Below are positions 52,902 through 62,541 of a DNA stretch of 64,000 nt, piece by piece. The position numbers were made by a program, and so were the translations under genes. Location of the stretch: the NCBI GenBank assembly GCA_977017575.1, contig CDRNVI010000016.1, positions 248,001 through 312,000 on the forward strand, written 5' to 3'. Below the pieces are notes generated by a model that had not been told where the DNA came from, ran no database searches, and saw nothing but the letters and a program-made list of their open reading frames with translations. The DNA comes from Paramoeba atlantica. Lineage: Eukaryota; Protista; Discosea. Positions within the stretch are counted from its first letter, which is position 1, and the number at the start of each line of letters is the position of its first letter.

Positions 52902-53227
52902 ATTAGCAGATGTTACGGGAGATCACAGCCTTAACGTCATCAATATCAGACTATATCGTGGCCTCATCATTAACATATTCGTTTCTAATCCTGCTCCTTT
53001 CTTGCGTCCTCCATGATCCATAGGTCGTCCTGTCAAAAGAGTAAAGTGTAGTACGTCGATTAGCGTTGTGTATTCAATTCGATTATTCATTTCTTTAAGA
53101 TTAATGAAAGTTGTGCTACGGTGATTCATGACATCATGTAATGCTAAGGAGTGTGTAATTTCGTATGTGCACTAATGCGTTAGGGAACAACACGTTTACA
53201 TACCCTTTTCCAGAGAATACTTTCTTC

Positions 53228-54184
53228 ATGGTACTACTTCACACTACAATTACGACTCCCGCGTTACACAAATCATCCACCCCCATTGTGCTTCTTCATG
53301 GACTTTTTGGTAGCAGCTCCAATTGGAGAACGATGGCTCAACGCCTTGCGACACAATTAGGATGTACGATTTACGCACCGGACGCTCGAAACCACGGCGC
53401 CTCCCCTCATGCTGCCCCATTTACTTTAGAAAATATGGTTCTGGACTTGCGCGAGACTCTGCTGCACTTGCAGTATAAGGAGAAGAGCATTGCTTTGCTG
53501 AAACCCATTGTTATCGGTCACTCTCTAGGAGGCTTGGTGACAGCTCGATATTTACAGAACTACGACTCTAGTGCGACTGCTGCGATGTTTGTGGATATTA
53601 CTCCTCGACAGATCACAACGGAGAAACTTAACGAATTTCTAAGTTATTGTAGTGCCATGCGTTCCGCTTTGAGGGGGGCAGTGGAAGCTGGAGAGGCAGG
53701 TGTGACTTTACGATCGATTGATCATGCATTACAAAGTGCTGTATTGAACAAACAGATTCGAAGCTTTTTACTAACCAATTTGGAACGTGGAAATGACGAG
53801 TACTACTGGAGATTGGGGTTGTCAAATATTGCAGAGGGGCTGAAGTCCGGAAAAGCAACTTGGAATTCGTTGAAACCACCGATACATCTAAAGACACCAT
53901 CATTGTTCCTTTATGGTGAAAAATCGGAATACTGGAATGATCCTAAACGTGAAAGCTACTTGTATGACCTGTTTGAACAGTCAGACGTTCGCAAAGCATG
54001 TAGATGGGAAGTAGACAATAACGGGCATATAGAACTGGCTTCTAAAATGAGAAATTCAATATTAAATTTTGCTACAGTACCACAGGCAGGACATTGGCCT
54101 CATGCTGAAAATCCGAACGCGTTCTTCCACTATGTCACCAAATTCTACGGATTTTACACGAATAGTAATCCAAGCGAAAGATGA
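53228..54184 (+). CDS. Alpha/beta hydrolase, ABHD11/YbfF-like
   Basis: LLHGLFGSSSNW, DARNHGASPH, nucleophile elbow GHSLGG, VDITP, AGHWPHAENP. Confidence 0.9.
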   Translation: MVLLHTTITTPALHKSSTPIVLLHGLFGSSSNWRTMAQRLATQLGCTIYAPDARNHGASPHAAPFTLENMVLDLRETLLHLQYKEKSIALLKPIVIGHSLGGLVTARYLQNYDSSATAAMFVDITPRQITTEKLNEFLSYCSAMRSALRGAVEAGEAGVTLRSIDHALQSAVLNKQIRSFLLTNLERGNDEYYWRLGLSNIAEGLKSGKATWNSLKPPIHLKTPSLFLYGEKSEYWNDPKRESYLYDLFEQSDVRKACRWEVDNNGHIELASKMRNSILNFATVPQAGHWPHAENPNAFFHYVTKFYGFYTNSNPSER

Positions 54185-54421
54185 CGATATTAGTAGTACG
54201 AGGTCTACTAATGGAGAACCTATAGAAGGGTGTATGGACATACATTATAGAACGAAGAGGGCTAGTCTGGTCACGAACTCCAGGGTACTGTAGCTCGAAG
54301 CATACGCTTCCGTAGTTCTTTATAGTACTTACCTACCAAATTCGGCAGAATTTTTCAACCCTTTTAGATTAGGTAACGGACATCTCTTTTCTTTCGTTCT
54401 TTCATTGTCAGGTATGGACGA

Positions 54422-55561
54422 ATGGAGACCGCATGTTCACTCCCGACTTCCTTTCTGAAAATCCAAGTCACTTCCTTGTCACGCAATTTTAGAAATGCCA
54501 CTCAAGTCATCCGCCATGCTATGCCCCAATCCCTGCCTCCGGGACATCTCCTGGTCCGCAACACCCTCCTCGGGATTAACGCCAGTGACGTGAACTACAC
54601 CGCCGGAGTCTACCGTCCCTCCCTCCACCCCCCCTTCGACTGCGGTTTCGAATCCCTCGGCACGGTCATGGGCGTACCCTCCCCCGGGGCTCTCCCCCCT
54701 ACCCCTCCATTCCCCCTGGGGGGTCACGTCCTGGTCCGTTCCTACGGGGCCTTTGCGGAGTACCAAGTGGTGCGCGCCAGCCAATGCACCCGCCTTCCCG
54801 ATCCCCCCCGCGTGCCACTACGGGGCTATCTCCCCCTCCTCACGAGTGGGGTGACCGCCAGTGTCGCCTTGGAACAGCTCGGGGGGTTACAGCCCGGGGG
54901 CCGGGTACTCGTCACCGCGGCCGCCGGGGGCACGGGGCAGTTTGCCGTGCAGCTCGCGAAGCACGCCTACGGGTGTACCGTGTTCGGGACGTGCAGCTCC
55001 GAGGCGAAGGCGGGTCAACTTCGGCAACTCGGCTGCGACCGCCCGATTGTGTACACCCAGGAGAGTGTGGAGAGGGTGTTGCGGGCGGAGGCGTACGGGA
55101 AATCGGGGGCTGCCCCCGGGCTGCAGCTGGTGTATGAATCGGTGGGGGGTGAGTTGTTGAAGGTCGCCGTGTCGCATTTGGCCAACAAGGGCCGGGTGCT
55201 GATCATGGGTTCCATGGGGGAGTATGCCTCAGGGAGGTGGAAAAGTCGGGGTGGTGAACAGGAAGGGCTGGATGGCAGTGACTCGGAGACATCACGTAGA
55301 AGGGATTGTGATGCCCCTAGCACACAATCGCTTCCGAGTTTACTTCTTTGTAAAAGTGCCTCTATGGTCGGGTTTTTTCTTCCGCATTTCTCCAAACACA
55401 TTGCGCCACACTTATCAAGACTTATGGAGATGTTGGAGGCTAGAAAAATAGAATCCGTGTGCGATGCATCTCATTTTTCAGGAATACATAGTGTAGCATC
55501 TGCGGTGGAGCATCTGTACACCGGCCGTAGTCTGGGAAAGGTTATCGTTGAGCTACCGTAA
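54422..55561 (+). CDS. NADPH-dependent MDR oxidoreductase, PTGR3/ZADH2-like
   Basis: GINASDVNYTAGVY..PPFDCGFESLG; VLVTAAAGGTGQFAVQLAK; VYESVGG; GKVIVEL. Confidence 0.9.
   Translation: METACSLPTSFLKIQVTSLSRNFRNATQVIRHAMPQSLPPGHLLVRNTLLGINASDVNYTAGVYRPSLHPPFDCGFESLGTVMGVPSPGALPPTPPFPLGGHVLVRSYGAFAEYQVVRASQCTRLPDPPRVPLRGYLPLLTSGVTASVALEQLGGLQPGGRVLVTAAAGGTGQFAVQLAKHAYGCTVFGTCSSEAKAGQLRQLGCDRPIVYTQESVERVLRAEAYGKSGAAPGLQLVYESVGGELLKVAVSHLANKGRVLIMGSMGEYASGRWKSRGGEQEGLDGSDSETSRRRDCDAPSTQSLPSLLLCKSASMVGFFLPHFSKHIAPHLSRLMEMLEARKIESVCDASHFSGIHSVASAVEHLYTGRSLGKVIVELP
54530..55270. other. GC-rich island with C-to-G skew flip (centre about 54880)
   Basis: C runs over 54530-54850 and G-rich sequence over 54880-55270, inside the oxidoreductase CDS. 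Confidence 0.85.
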
Positions 55562-55768
55562 CCGGTTTTGCTTGAATCAGGAGGAACGCATGGTCCACTT
55601 GATCTGGCAATAGATCATAAGCAAACACAAGACGTTTGTCTCGTGTATGTCATTTACCTGATGACAATACTTAATGCTTGTATTATAGCTCTTGCAGCAA
55701 TACTCTAACTCAATCAGTTCAACTGATCAATGTAGTACAACTGATCTTTTCCTAAAGTCTGAGTTTTT

Positions 55769-56698
55769 ATGGACCTTCCGGAAGGCAGAAAAGTGAATGA
55801 TGTTCCACGAGAGCCTTTAATTTGTCTGGTCGCTCATCTTGGGCATACATTAAACGCTGTATTGGACGATATCCATAGATCAACGTATTCTGCACGAGAC
55901 GTCCGCAATAAATCATTTCTTTCGCAGTGGAATGCAAGAGAGCAAACCTCTCAGTATGTATCATCTCCGATAGCGGTTCGTGAGACGACGTTCAAGAGCC
56001 TGAATTCTTCTCCTTTACTGGATAACATACAGCGTTCATGTAACATTCCATCATTGCATCCACATCACCTTCACGCGCTATCCATATTATGTCCACAAGC
56101 TTTACCAGGGGCTTTGAGGTTACTAGATTGCAGAAATGCAATTATTCGAGTTGTTTGCCCAGCGAGTCAATCCTCGCCGCGGGGTACAACGGTGCATTCG
56201 CTATATTTCGTTCACAATTCCAAGCGACTCAGTAAGAAGAGTACTGAGCCAAACGTTCCAAGTGATTCGAACATTGGAGTGCATTCTAATCTTTTCGCCG
56301 ACTTCTACATGTGCCTAGGTGGGTACTTCTGTAATTGCCGTGCATTCGAATACAAAGTGTTATCTGGACACGAAAATTATAACCTAGATAACAATGTAAA
56401 GGAATCGAGTTTTGAGCATGACGTCAGTTACCGCTTTTTTGGGCCTGCGCAACATGAAGCATTCTGTAAACATTTGTTAGCTGTGCAACTAGCGCAGGCC
56501 TTGGATGGAGACTGCGAACGAGATATAAGAAATGACTTCAAAAATATAGTCCAGCCCAATATTGATTCCTGCAGAAGAGGCAATGTGACCGGTCCTTCTG
56601 AGATGAGCAAATCGCCTTATTTCACGTTGCCATTACCGTACAATTATCACAGAGTTGTCATCACAAGCGTCGACAACTACATGAATCTTTTGTCCTAG
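55769..56698 (+). CDS. SWIM zinc-finger protein, ZSWIM7/SWS1-like
   Basis: ALRLLD..YFV..YMCLGGYFCNCRAF...FCKHLLAVQLA (CxC..CxH SWIM motif with a ZSWIM7-like N-terminal pattern). Confidence 0.7.
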   Translation: MDLPEGRKVNDVPREPLICLVAHLGHTLNAVLDDIHRSTYSARDVRNKSFLSQWNAREQTSQYVSSPIAVRETTFKSLNSSPLLDNIQRSCNIPSLHPHHLHALSILCPQALPGALRLLDCRNAIIRVVCPASQSSPRGTTVHSLYFVHNSKRLSKKSTEPNVPSDSNIGVHSNLFADFYMCLGGYFCNCRAFEYKVLSGHENYNLDNNVKESSFEHDVSYRFFGPAQHEAFCKHLLAVQLAQALDGDCERDIRNDFKNIVQPNIDSCRRGNVTGPSEMSKSPYFTLPLPYNYHRVVITSVDNYMNLLS

Positions 56699-56732
56699 CC
56701 TCACGAGTTTGCGATTTTTAAAGGAAGACATA

Positions 56733-57473
56733 AAGGGGTGTAAATTTGGATGTGGGGGGGTCTAAAATTTGTAAAACTTGGCCAATTTTGGAAAATAGTA
56801 GCGCATTCGAGAGCTCTCGAACTGAGCTCATGAACGTGCATGCACGGCATCTGCGTTATTTAGATTTTCGAGTGCACGTAAAAAAACTTAGTTTTTTGGG
56901 AGGCAAAATCTTGCATTTTTCACAGTCTTTCTGATTTCTCCCCTGATTCATGCTACAAAGACGGGGTTGTGGGCGATCACCCGAACACAAAAACTACGAA
57001 AGGGTTTATTCTTCGCCTGGGCACGTAAAAGCAAGCTGGTGCATGGTTCTTGTTGCCGATTACGAAACAACACAATCTTTTTCGCGCAAAAAATTCATGT
57101 TCCATAGTGGGCGACTCCGAAAATGGTTGAGCCCCTCGGAATCGTGCAGATTTGATCATTGCGATCGAAGCAGCGTTTGAAGGCCCCTGAAAATGCCATG
57201 AAGAGCTTTAGAAGGCGATGCTGTATTGTGATTGACATTAATCGACGATAATAGCAATTATTAATATTTCTTTTTCAATATGTGCTATTGCTTTAGAAAG
57301 TTGCAAATAGCGTTTGGGGGCTCTTTGTCTAGGGGGCAATACCCCCTTGTGCCTAGTTCGGCCTTGTTACGTTCATGAGCCCTGTGCGAGAGCTCTCGAA
57401 TGCGCTATTATTTTCCAAAATTGGCCAAGTTTTACAAATTTTAGGCCCCCCCACATCCAAATTTACACCCTTG
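56733..57473. mobile_element. TA-flanked MITE with TIRs of about 105 bp, 741 bp
   Basis: TA at 56731-32 and 57474-75; near-identical inverted arms 56733-56837 and 57369-57473; no coding capacity. Confidence 0.93.
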
Positions 57474-57719
57474 TATCTTTGTTCCTTCTTTCTACGCCAT
57501 ATAAAAAATCCAATCAAGTACTTGAAATCGAATTCGAACGTGTACAGCATTCATGTCACATAACAGAACAGGAGTGGGTCCCTGAAGGTTACTCTTAGGC
57601 TATCTAACAACGAGAAAAACATATGATACGTAGTACGATAACTAGAGCACATAGTTCTTGCAGTTTTAACACTTTTCGTTTCGATAGATTTTATTCGAAG
57701 CTATCATGTTTCTGTATTG

Positions 57720-60700
57720 ATGAGCGGTTTGTATTTGAGAAGATCTGCGAATACATCATTGTGGCCTCGAAAGCTGATTCTTGGGGTCCCTCATCGTACC
57801 TATTGTTCAGCTTATCTTCAGCGTCGTATATTTCCGAGCGGAGTTGGTGGTGCCTTACAACAAAAATTGCATGTCTTCCTTGAACAGCAACACATTTCTC
57901 CAATGCGAGCATCAGAAATACGATCCATGGCCGAAGTAACGGTTGTGTCTGCGAAGCTTACCAAAGTTTCCCTGAAAACGCTCTGCGACTTGTTAGTATC
58001 CTTGAGAAAGCTAGGAATACAAAAAGATTCTCCTTCAATACGGGGCATTATAAAAAATGTTGTGCACAGACTTGAAGATCCGGATCCGGAAGATATCGTT
58101 TGTCTGATGAAAATCGGAAAATTTTCGGAGGCGTCTCATGTCGTTAATTTGCTGCGAACTGCTAGCGTTCCGAGCTCACAGTTCTGGGAAAAAGAAATTC
58201 CACGTTGCGAAATTAAATGGCTTTCGTCTGCTTGTCAATTTCTTGAGATTTACTACTACCGTTCTCCGCAATATAGTACCACGTTGATGGACATAAAGAA
58301 ACAACCTCTCCGCGTCTCGCGCAGGATACGGGGAGAACTCGAAAAACTGAAGACCTTGGTTTTGCGAAGATTGAAGATGCTTCTTGAAGCCTCTGATGCA
58401 TTTCCTGATCTGATCGATAGAGCATGCTCTTTTGCATATAATCTACAAACTGCGCTATTTTTCCATGAGCTGAATTCTCTTCACCTGCTTTTTGATCTAC
58501 GTCTTAAACGCGATTGTCCCTCTATGCAAGAATTTTCCAAATTCTTGGACTCGACTACCCCAATCCTAGAGGTAAGGTACAAGTCACTGCGTAAAGAATC
58601 GAGTGTGAAGTGGACTTCCGGTGCTCGCTATTTTCTAAATATATTTTTGACCTCAGTTTTTGAGCACATTCACTTACTAACTTCAGTTTCTGACGACGAT
58701 TTTCCCATTGACGAATGGACAACTTTAATCTCTATTGTAGGAAAACTATTGGAATTCGAATTTCTCGAGCAGGAGCGTAGGGCACCATGTAATAGCTCTA
58801 CCTCAGTGACCTACACGTCTATTAACTCTGAAGATTTAACAGACAATGCTTGTTCTAAACCGTTTAAGCCCGTAAATACAGTTGAGCGTGTTACTAAATA
58901 TTGTGTTCTGTGCAAGAGAATTCTCTACATAGTGCGTGATAGGCTTAACGCTTCGAGCCTTTCACTTCATCCTACAGGTTCTGCCACCTACGTGGAGGAA
59001 ATGGGGGTGTGGCTTGATCGCGGGTGTCCAAAAGATGATTATAGATTTCGATCCCTTCATTTACTTTTTCAGCACGATAAGATGCTGCCAACTCAATTGA
59101 GTGATGTCATTCTAAAGCTGGGGAAGCGGATTTTAGAACTGGGTTCCAGAAAAGAGAAAGAATTGAATGTTCACCATGCGTCTCATGAAAAAGCTTTGGA
59201 AACATCTTTAAAGAACTTTTCATTGTCTCTTACTCCGTTCGACGGGAACAGAAATAGATGGTCACGGGAATTTGTAACCTGGCTGCCGCACGCATCCTTG
59301 CAAGACCTCCTGTCACTAATAAAACTAAATTTGTTCACTCTAAATGAAGTTCTTTTTGCAAAGGCAACACACATTGAAGATAGGGGCGATCATAAAAATC
59401 CACAAGTAAGTCGAATGGTTTGGGAATGCCTCTTTGATGCTCTACTGGACAAAACAAACTTATGCACAGTTACACTTGCACCTGACCAGTATGTGCACCT
59501 CGTAACATATCTTTACTACGTTGGCGAAAATTGTAATTGGCAGTCAGTGATTCAAATTCTTCGGAATGTAAAATTTTCAGTTGTTCCTTCTCGCTTTTCG
59601 AAGACTAATGTAGAAATTCCGAAAAGCAAATTCTACGAACCGTATCCTTTAGAATTTTGGATAGCGTTGAACCATGTGCACGTACTAGAGGACCCTACAG
59701 CTCAAGTGTACAATAAGAGAAAGTCAGCTGTCTCACAAGAAGTTTACCAGCATTTTTGGGCCCACGGCATACTGTGGTTGCAGTCTTTAACGATAGATAA
59801 GCCGAACCCCCTGGTATTATCTATTATTCTGACGTGGCAAGTAAGATTTGATTTGTCCGCAACCTTATCTCCATCAACAGATTCTAATTCATTTGAGCGT
59901 TCGATCCATGATGTGATTTGCTCCACAATTCCCTTCCTCCAGACCGCAGATTTAGACATGATTTTGTATGTTGTCCAAGATTGGGAGACACAACATAAAA
60001 AGGATGTAAGTACAATGATTTCGAAGCGATTGAGGGCTTGTTTTAATGAGATGAAGACTTCACTGTCACCAAAGCAGAACGGAACACGAGTAGAGCAGAA
60101 TAGCACAAGTAGAGCAATTTGCGGTGTACTTAATACAATGTTGACACTCCAATGCTTACCTGAAGTGCCTGTATTGTTAGAATTGACAAAAGACGTAGTT
60201 GGAAATGCTTTTCTTGAAGAAAAAGAAACGAAAAATCATTCCTGTAGAGACGTTAGTGATTCCACTCTCGAATTGCAACATGTAGTAGTTCTTCTGGAAG
60301 CTTTTTTACATTGTGCAGATTACATTGACAAAGATATTCCTGGCATATCATCCTGTATGGGACAAAACGCTATGAATGTACCTTGCAAGCTACAAATGAT
60401 GTTTTATCAAGCGCTCCTACGCTCATCTTGCACGGAAGTGCCCATAATAGTTCGTGTTAGAGGCCTGTCCTTGTTGTTACGGCACAAAACTATCGACAAA
60501 AAGATTCTTAAGAATATTCTATCTATTCTATTTATAAACCTTGGTGACTCTAAAATAGAAATTCGAGATGCGAAGAGTGCATCAAGGACGCCGGAAGTCC
60601 AAACGCAAAATGCTCACGCCAAGGGCGTCTGCCGGTTAGTGCCACATTTTTACGTTTTGTGCCTCTTACAAGCAGCACTTGAAGTTAGCGCTAGTACAAT

Positions 60701-61076
60701 AGCAAATGAGATTTGGGAATTTACCCGTGGACAACAAATTTATAAAGTTCCCGAATACGCGGCACACCTACTTTTCTTTTGCTCAGAACATGAATTGCAC
60801 TATCCACCACTATTATCCGCATTGCTTGTCACACTAACCAAACATCTTGATGTTCTAGCTCCACTTCATCTGTTGCAAATACTTCGATCATGTGTTAAAC
60901 AGAAGATTAAAGACGTAACCTTTGTAGGAAAGGTGATTAGTCAATTAAATCCTGCATCACTTACTACTGAAGAGGACCGCAACGCATACAAACAGGCGTG
61001 CACGGACCTAGGCTTTAACCCAAATTTTGCAAAATACAAGAGTAGTCCAGCGCATCGCACCCGTCATAAACATTAG
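57720..61076 (+). CDS. Large hypothetical alpha-helical protein, possibly mitochondrial
   Basis: About 1118-aa ORF; R-rich N-terminus; Leu-rich helical repeats near both ends. Confidence 0.7.
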   Translation: MSGLYLRRSANTSLWPRKLILGVPHRTYCSAYLQRRIFPSGVGGALQQKLHVFLEQQHISPMRASEIRSMAEVTVVSAKLTKVSLKTLCDLLVSLRKLGIQKDSPSIRGIIKNVVHRLEDPDPEDIVCLMKIGKFSEASHVVNLLRTASVPSSQFWEKEIPRCEIKWLSSACQFLEIYYYRSPQYSTTLMDIKKQPLRVSRRIRGELEKLKTLVLRRLKMLLEASDAFPDLIDRACSFAYNLQTALFFHELNSLHLLFDLRLKRDCPSMQEFSKFLDSTTPILEVRYKSLRKESSVKWTSGARYFLNIFLTSVFEHIHLLTSVSDDDFPIDEWTTLISIVGKLLEFEFLEQERRAPCNSSTSVTYTSINSEDLTDNACSKPFKPVNTVERVTKYCVLCKRILYIVRDRLNASSLSLHPTGSATYVEEMGVWLDRGCPKDDYRFRSLHLLFQHDKMLPTQLSDVILKLGKRILELGSRKEKELNVHHASHEKALETSLKNFSLSLTPFDGNRNRWSREFVTWLPHASLQDLLSLIKLNLFTLNEVLFAKATHIEDRGDHKNPQVSRMVWECLFDALLDKTNLCTVTLAPDQYVHLVTYLYYVGENCNWQSVIQILRNVKFSVVPSRFSKTNVEIPKSKFYEPYPLEFWIALNHVHVLEDPTAQVYNKRKSAVSQEVYQHFWAHGILWLQSLTIDKPNPLVLSIILTWQVRFDLSATLSPSTDSNSFERSIHDVICSTIPFLQTADLDMILYVVQDWETQHKKDVSTMISKRLRACFNEMKTSLSPKQNGTRVEQNSTSRAICGVLNTMLTLQCLPEVPVLLELTKDVVGNAFLEEKETKNHSCRDVSDSTLELQHVVVLLEAFLHCADYIDKDIPGISSCMGQNAMNVPCKLQMMFYQALLRSSCTEVPIIVRVRGLSLLLRHKTIDKKILKNILSILFINLGDSKIEIRDAKSASRTPEVQTQNAHAKGVCRLVPHFYVLCLLQAALEVSASTIANEIWEFTRGQQIYKVPEYAAHLLFFCSEHELHYPPLLSALLVTLTKHLDVLAPLHLLQILRSCVKQKIKDVTFVGKVISQLNPASLTTEEDRNAYKQACTDLGFNPNFAKYKSSPAHRTRHKH

Positions 61077-61239
61077 CTCGTGCGGCTTACACTTTTGAGA
61101 AACGGGCGCCTTTTTTTGCTGAGGACTCAATTACTACGTTCTTTCAACCGGAAAATTGGTTTTTATTCTTGCCTAATGATAATGACGGCCACCAATGATT
61201 GTCCGGTGGGCTTCATTTACATGTTCTAACTTCTTTCTG

Positions 61240-62419
61240 GGTTAAAGTAAAGGAAAATTCGCCTTTTTTGAAAAAGAAATTTCTTTACACCCTAGTTTAC
61301 ACCCTTGCATTTCTTAGTACAGTGCCACACACTATCCTCTAATTCCATTTCTTTTGGTGATGAGTGTGTCCTTTTTCCACAGAAAACCCTTCTCGTGACA
61401 AACCCGTGGCTTCGAAGCCACTGCTCGCACTGTGCTTCTGTCCGGCGTGATATACGGCTGAGGGTGAACTTTCTTCGAGAAGCGAACCCCCGACACCCCT
61501 GGCATACCATAGAAAATAACGGAAAATGGGTATACAATAGTCATATACAGGGGGGGGGTCACCAATTTCCGGGGGGTGTCTAAAATTTGTGTCGTGTGAG
61601 CTTTTGACCTAATTCCTTCGGCATTCAACAGATCTCGAAATTCTAAGCTGTTTTGCGCTATAAAAAGTATCATAAAAAACCAAACGACTATATGAGAAAT
61701 TTTTAAAAGTAGGGTCAGAATTGTGCAAATTATTCGAAATATTACGAAAATTCATAATTTATGCTGTATAATTGTTGATATAAAAAGAGATTCAGTCTAC
61801 AAGTGTAACAAACTATTTATTTATGGACAATGCCCCCGGCCATGGGCATGCCCGCCGAGTCGTACGTGACATGGGAATTGAAATCCCCGACTGGCCGGCC
61901 AAGTCACCAGATCTAAATCTTATTGAAAATTTATGGAGTATGATGGATCATCATGTTAAGTTTCATCTTCGACCCACTAATCGTACGGAATTACAAGTAT
62001 CGATACGTAAAGCTTTAGATTATCTTTTAAAGGATATGAAGGCAGTGTATGAAAACACTTTGAAAAGTTTTCCGTCCCGAATTAGGCTTCTTAGAGAAAA
62101 AAATGAAGGTTCAATACTAAAATAGTTCGCCCAAAAAAATCTGCAAATTCTTGAAAATCTCAATTCTGTCATGTCCAGAATTCTTCATATATAATTTTTA
62201 AGATGGGTTTTTATAGCGCAAAACAGCTTAGAATTTCGAGATCTGTTGAATACCGAAGGAATTAGGTCAAAAGCACACACGACACAAATTTTAGACCCCC
62301 CCTGGAAATTGGTGACCCCCCCTGTACAGTATTATGTACGTAGGTAATGTCCTTTTGTCGAAAAGAAAAAAGTCAAGCTAAAAAGTCTTAAGAAAAGCGA
62401 ATTTTCCTTTACTTTCACC
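61240..62419 (-). mobile_element. Merlin-like non-autonomous DNA transposon with an 8-bp TSD
   Basis: TSD TCTTTCTG at 61232-39 and 62420-27; TIR GGT(T/G)AAAGTAAAGGAAAATTCGC; internal ORF 61292..61537(-) encodes a Merlin-type N-terminal Zn-finger region. Confidence 0.85.
61548..62324 (+). mobile_element. Tc1-type deletion derivative (777 bp) nested inside the Merlin-like element
   Basis: TA at 61546-47 and 62325-26; TIRs of about 118 bp; ORF 61823..62125 DNAPGH..WPAKSPDLNLIENLW. Confidence 0.93.
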
Positions 62420-62541
62420 TCTTTCTGTAATAGTATCGCAATAGTAATAATATCGCAAAGATTACTGTATACGTTTTTCGTGAACAAGTTTACTAAGTCA
62501 TATTTTATCCCAGTCGTTTTCCCAATTTTCTTTAATTCTCA

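Noticed and set aside
54640-54665. tRNA T-loop-like GGTTTCGAATCCC
   Set aside because: It lies in the conserved CGFES codons of the oxidoreductase; no cloverleaf could be built.
61296-61307. 12-bp match (TTTACACCCTTG) to the terminus of the 56733-57473 MITE
   Set aside because: It falls within the Merlin-like reading frame and has no partner TIR; probably coincidental.
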